Source of the DNA: Vulcanimicrobiota bacterium
GTDB lineage: Bacteria > Vulcanimicrobiota > Xenobia > Xenobiales > JADMJV01
Direction of reading: 5' to 3'
NCBI GenBank assembly: GCA_050486105.1
Contig: JBJHCR010000002.1
Span: forward strand, 1 to 62,268
DNA: 62,268 nt
The number at the start of each line of letters is the position of its first letter. Position 1 is the first letter of the stretch. The position numbers were made by a program, and so were the translations under genes. Under the pieces are notes generated by a model that worked only from the letters and a program-made list of their open reading frames with translations, ran no database searches and was not told the origin of the DNA. This document shows positions 58,699-62,268 of this stretch, one piece after another.

Positions 58699-60433
58699 GG
58701 TGGAGCTCCCGGGTGCGGGAGCGCTGCACCTTGCCGCTGGCGGTCTTGGGCAAGGCTCCCTTGGGCAACAAAATCACCTGGTGTAGAGCCAGCCCAAACT
58801 CCCCACCCACAGCTTCCCAGATTCCTCGGCTCAGCCTGGCAAGGACAGCCAGCTCCGGAGCTTCGGACCGGTCTTCGAACTCCATGATCTTGCCCACCTC
58901 GCAGACCAAGACCGGGCCGTCGTCGGTGGCAAAGGCTGCGCTGCAGCCGGGTCGGAGTTCGGCCAAAGCCTCTTCCACGGCAGTTTCGAGATCCTGAGGA
59001 TAGAAGTTCTGTCCTCGAACAATGATCAGGTCCTTCAGACGGCCGCAGACCGTCAAGGTGCCCTCGGGGCTCAGCCAGCCAAGATCCCCGGTGCGCAAAA
59101 ACGGCCCTTCCCCATCGGCTAAAAAGGCCGAAAAAGTCTCCAAAGTCTCCTTGGAACGATTCCAATACCCTTGACCCACGCTCTCTCCCCTGAGCCAGAT
59201 CTCCCCCACCTCCTGGGGGGAGCATCTGTGTCCGTGGGGGTCCACGATCAGCACCTCCTGTTGCCCCAAGGGGGCCCCGCAATCCACCAGGTCCAGCTGA
59301 TCGTCTTCCGAGCTGGGAGGCTGCACTCGATTCTGAGCTAGGGCCTGCCTGCTGACGGTGTGGTGGCGATAGCTAGAGTTGGTCTCCCCGCAAACCATGA
59401 CCGTGGCCTCGGCCAAGCCGTAGGCGGGCTTGATGGCCTCTCGGCGAAATCCCGAGGGGCCCAAGAGAGTTGCGAAGTTCTCCAGGGCCGAGAGCCGAAT
59501 CGGCTCGGCCGAGCAGAAAGCGATCTCAATCCTGGATAGGTCCAGTCCTTGAAGCTGTGAGGGTTGGACCTTACGGGCGGTCAAGGCAAAGCCGAAGTTG
59601 GGTGCTCCAATGACGGTCGCCTGAAATTGGGAGGCTGCCTGCAGCCAACGAAGGGGACGCTGCACGAACTGCAGAGGGTCCAAGAAGGCGCAAGAGCCAC
59701 CCATATGCATGGGTGACAGCATCCCTCGAATCAGGCCCATGTCGTGGTGCAGCGGCAGCCAATGGAGCATACGCATGTTCGACTGCCGGCCGTGGAACTC
59801 AGCCAACATGGATAGGTTGTGAAGCAGATTCCGGTGACTCAGCATCACCCCTCGGGGTTGGCGAGTGGAACCTGAGGTGTACTGCAGCAGAGCCAGCTCC
59901 TCGTTAGTCACCTTCGGTGGGGTCCAGGTTTCAGCCTCACCAGAGGTGTGCTCTAGCGAGGCGGCCAGGGACTGCAACTCCGCAGGGAGGGCTCTCAGGG
60001 TGCCGCTGTCGGTCAAGAGAATGGCAGCCTGGCAGTCTTCGACGACGCCTAGCAGTCGAGGCAGAGTGCGCCGAAGGCGACCGGCTTGGGGGGACGGGGC
60101 TGGCACCGCCACGAGGCCGGCGTAAAGACAGCCCCAGAAAGCCCTAACGAAGTCCAAAGGAGGGCCACAGGCGATCACCGCCCGGTCACCAGGCTGCAAA
60201 CCTCGGGCTTGCAGAGCAGCGGCCTGACCACGGGCCCAGCAATCGAGCTCGGCGTAGGTTAGAGACCCGGAGATTCTGTCCCCCACGAAAGCAAAAAAGC
60301 CGCGCTCGGGCGTGGCCGCAGCCACCCCGAGGGCCATCTCTACCAGGTTGGATCCGTAGGTCACTGTATGGAAGGTCCTCACAAGGATTCGATGCTGTCT
60401 AAATGCTCTTAGGATTTCAGACGAAAGGCCCAA
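58643..60433 (-). CDS. fatty acyl-AMP ligase (FAAL)-like adenylating enzyme
   Basis: The motifs LQYTSGSTRQPRGVMLSHRNLLHN, FLRTGDLGWLSPEGTLTVCGRLKDLIIVRGQNFYPQDLE and KTASGKVQR follow the FAAL/FadD32-type pattern. The start is uncertain: TTG at 60433, with alternative GTGs at 60382 and 60364. Confidence 0.8.
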   Translation of the reverse strand: MGLSSEILRAFRQHRILVRTFHTVTYGSNLVEMALGVAAATPERGFFAFVGDRISGSLTYAELDCWARGQAAALQARGLQPGDRAVIACGPPLDFVRAFWGCLYAGLVAVPAPSPQAGRLRRTLPRLLGVVEDCQAAILLTDSGTLRALPAELQSLAASLEHTSGEAETWTPPKVTNEELALLQYTSGSTRQPRGVMLSHRNLLHNLSMLAEFHGRQSNMRMLHWLPLHHDMGLIRGMLSPMHMGGSCAFLDPLQFVQRPLRWLQAASQFQATVIGAPNFGFALTARKVQPSQLQGLDLSRIEIAFCSAEPIRLSALENFATLLGPSGFRREAIKPAYGLAEATVMVCGETNSSYRHHTVSRQALAQNRVQPPSSEDDQLDLVDCGAPLGQQEVLIVDPHGHRCSPQEVGEIWLRGESVGQGYWNRSKETLETFSAFLADGEGPFLRTGDLGWLSPEGTLTVCGRLKDLIIVRGQNFYPQDLETAVEEALAELRPGCSAAFATDDGPVLVCEVGKIMEFEDRSEAPELAVLARLSRGIWEAVGGEFGLALHQVILLPKGALPKTASGKVQRSRTRELHLSGELPALHRWVGPKRNE

Positions 60434-60668
60434 GATGGCTGAGTGGTGCTGGGCGTAGTTCCGGTCAAGAATGAATCGTCTAGAAGTGCTCCTATCGCAA
60501 CGCGCTCCGAGCGACTAGTATTCGATCATACTTGAGTGAGGAGCAACGCAACGAGAATTGCACCTCTCCACCCCAACCCGCAAACTTAAGCTTGACAGAG
60601 CACTTAGCAACCTAAAGAGACTTTGAGGCGCATGGATGGATCTCTTCTAAGAGTCGAGAAAGTGAGAC
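60434..60668. promoter_or_regulatory. divergent intergenic region between the FAAL and GH3 genes
   Basis: A 235-bp gap between divergent starts. TTGACA is at 60592..60597, but the only -10-like hexamer (TAAAGA, 60613..60618) is 15 nt away, so no confident promoter call is made. Confidence 0.3.
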
Positions 60669-62267
60669 CATGGCTCGAAATCTGCTAGAGCGACTGGCAC
60701 ATCAGGCTCTGCGCGCCCGGGAGCGATTCCTAAAGGCAGTGCGCGAAGGCCGAGCTGAAGAGTTGCAGCAACACGCCTGGCGCCGCTGTATGGAGCCGAA
60801 CGCCGAGACCGAGTTCGGTCGAGAGCACGGGTTCTCAAAATTTGCCTCCTGGGACGACTATCGGGCTGCGGTCCCTATCCGCCCCTACGAGAACCTGGCC
60901 CCTTGGATCGAAAGAGCCGCTGCTGGGGTCTCGGGAGTGTTGACCGCTGAGGAGCCCATTCGCTTCTGGAAGACCACCGGCACCACCGCCGAACCCAAGA
61001 AAATCCCGGTGACCCCTAGCTCCAGCGCCCAAACCATGGAGGCCTTCCTGACCCTCTATGGCACTCAGCTCCACCATTTTCCGGAATTGGCCGAACGCCC
61101 GGACACCACTCTGGTGACCCACATCTCCCCGAAGCCGGTCCGAGAGTTTTTGGGCCCTAGCAGAGTCCCTTACTGCAGCACCACCGAATTCCCCACCGAA
61201 TCTCGCCCCGGTCAGGAAGACGCGGTGGCCCCCTGGCTGAAGGGCTTCACCTCGGTGGTGGAAGACGACGCCGAACGTCTCTATTACCTACTGTGCTCGG
61301 CCGCGACCCACGATCTTTATGCCGTAGCCTGCCTCCACCCCAGTCGATTTCTCACCGTGGTCGACACCCTTGAAAGCCAAGCTGAGCGCCTGATCGAAGA
61401 AGTGCGGCTAGGCACCGTATTGGGTCAGCCCCAACGCCGACCTGAGCCTGAACGCGCGCTAGAACTGAACCAGAGATTGCAGGTTCTAGGGCGCCTGAAA
61501 CCTAGAGACATCTGGCCCAACTTGCGCTTGCTCTGCAGTTGGAGCGGAAGCTATATCAAGCGTTACCGCCCCGCCATGGAAGACGATTACTGCAGCGGGT
61601 TCTTGCCCATGCCGTCCATCAGCAGCGAAGCCTTCTTGACCATGACGATGGACCCCGATCCCATCGCTCAACCTCTCAACCTCAAAGGCGGGTTCTTCGA
61701 GTTCCTACCCGAGGGGAGCAGCCCGAACAACGGGGAAACCAAGACCTACTTCGAACTAGAAGACGGGCAGAGGTACGAAGCGATCATCACCACCTTGGGC
61801 GGACTCTATCGATATTCCACCGCAGATCTCTTTCAAGTTTCGGGGCGCTGGCAAGGCTTGCCCCGACTAGAGTATGTCGGACGGCGCTCGGTGAGCGATC
61901 TCACCGGTGAGAAACTGGCAGAAGTTCAGGTGCAAAAAGCCCTGCAAACCATGGCGAGCGAGTTTGCCGTAGGTTTCGAGAACGCCCTGGTCTGCGCCTT
62001 GGAGCGAGATGCAGGCGAAGGAAAGCCAGGTTACGTCCTGGTGCTGGAAACAGCCCAAGAGACCGCCATCGAGGGCTTGGCTCAACGTCTCGACGAAGAG
62101 CTTCGAGCGATCAACTCTCGCTATCAACTCAAGCGAGGCTTTCAGGATTTGGCTCCCCTGGAGGTGAGATTGCTGACCCCGGGCTGTTTCCGGGAGCATC
62201 GGCGACGGCAGACGGCCCGGGGAACCCCGGCCGGACAGCTCAAGGATCAGGTGCTCTTCCCCCAAGG
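60669..62267 (+). CDS. GH3-family acyl-acid amido synthetase (3'-truncated by the window end)
   Basis: This gene is not in the ORF track because there is no stop before the window end. Manual translation from the ATG at 60669 gives 533 uninterrupted codons: MARNLLERLAHQALRARERFLKAV...FWKTTGTTAEPKKIPVT...GGLYRYSTADLFQV...LEYVGRRSVSDLTGEKL... These match the GH3 (PF03321) nucleotide-binding and hinge motifs. Confidence 0.8.
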
Positions 62268-62268
62268 C

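Noticed and set aside
57156-59282. Long alternative-frame ORFs (57156..57731 -, 57558..58247 +, 58647..59282 -) across the ANL-ligase and FAAL genes.
   Set aside because: Their products are Arg/Pro/Gly-rich and lack motifs. The annotated frames carry complete AMP-binding core motifs. Such ORFs are typical artefacts of GC-rich coding sequence.
60592-60618. TTGACA (60592..60597) plus TAAAGA (60613..60618) as a sigma70-type promoter for the GH3 gene.
   Set aside because: The spacer is only 15 nt and the -10 hexamer is weak. The host lineage and its promoter consensus are also unknown. It is recorded only as part of a generic divergent regulatory region.
1-62268. A search for tRNA/rRNA genes, CRISPR repeats, IS elements, integrases, toxin-antitoxin pairs or known defence-system genes.
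   Set aside because: The intergenic regions are short (mostly under 250 bp) and contain no cloverleaf-like or repeat-spacer structure that I could see. No ORF showed transposase (DDE), recombinase, nuclease-helicase or TA motifs. Detection by eye is limited, and tRNAscan, Infernal and CRISPR finders should confirm this.

Overview
This is a 62,268-bp, densely coding bacterial chromosomal window. It holds about 50 protein-coding genes on both strands, many joined by 4-nt ATGA/GTGA/TTGA start-stop overlaps. I recognised no rRNA, tRNA, CRISPR array, transposase/integrase or phage genes by eye. Content from left to right: (i) 0-12.7 kb: envelope and glycan genes, namely a Gly-zipper protein, a GT4 glycosyltransferase plus two tandem AsnB-type amidotransferases, GNAT, NUDIX, a GHL10-like protein and two pseudopilin-like genes. 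(ii) 12.9-16.3 kb: a translationally coupled pair of membrane histidine-kinase paralogues with reciprocal defects; one lacks the acceptor His and the other lacks the ATP-binding boxes. (iii) 18.3-27.6 kb: a synthase-dependent exopolysaccharide module. It comprises a six-domain response regulator whose degenerate GGDEF keeps the RxxD I-site, a HEAT-repeat membrane protein, a processive GT2 synthase, a TPR/beta-barrel outer-membrane porin and a TPR-glycoside-hydrolase fusion. (iv) 28.8-32.3 kb: a complete urate-to-allantoate pathway (allB, uraD, uraH, puuD), followed by an MBL-hydrolase/2xCNB fusion. (v) 34.4-39.4 kb: a six-gene envelope operon (ABC-2 exporter, FKBP, TPR-like, DHH/DHHA1, YdjM-like). 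(vi) metA-metY and an SLH-domain outer-membrane porin (OmpM/SomA-type tether). (vii) 45.4-62.3 kb: a mixed-strand locus that I consider the best candidate for an undescribed system. Its core is a stand-alone carrier protein, an MBOAT and a membrane-anchored DltD/AlgJ-like protein (a Dlt-like trans-membrane acylation core). Around it sit four adenylate-forming enzymes: a CAR-like A-T-R enzyme, an ANL ligase, a FAAL, and a GH3-family amido synthetase whose ORF runs off the window and is missing from the ORF track. The locus also has a Rieske oxygenase, an amidohydrolase_2 enzyme and a pseudopilin-like/lipoprotein pair. All functional calls rest on motif recognition by eye; none was verified by a database search. 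Start codons were refined where a conserved N-terminus or a neighbouring stop codon made the ORF-track start implausible.
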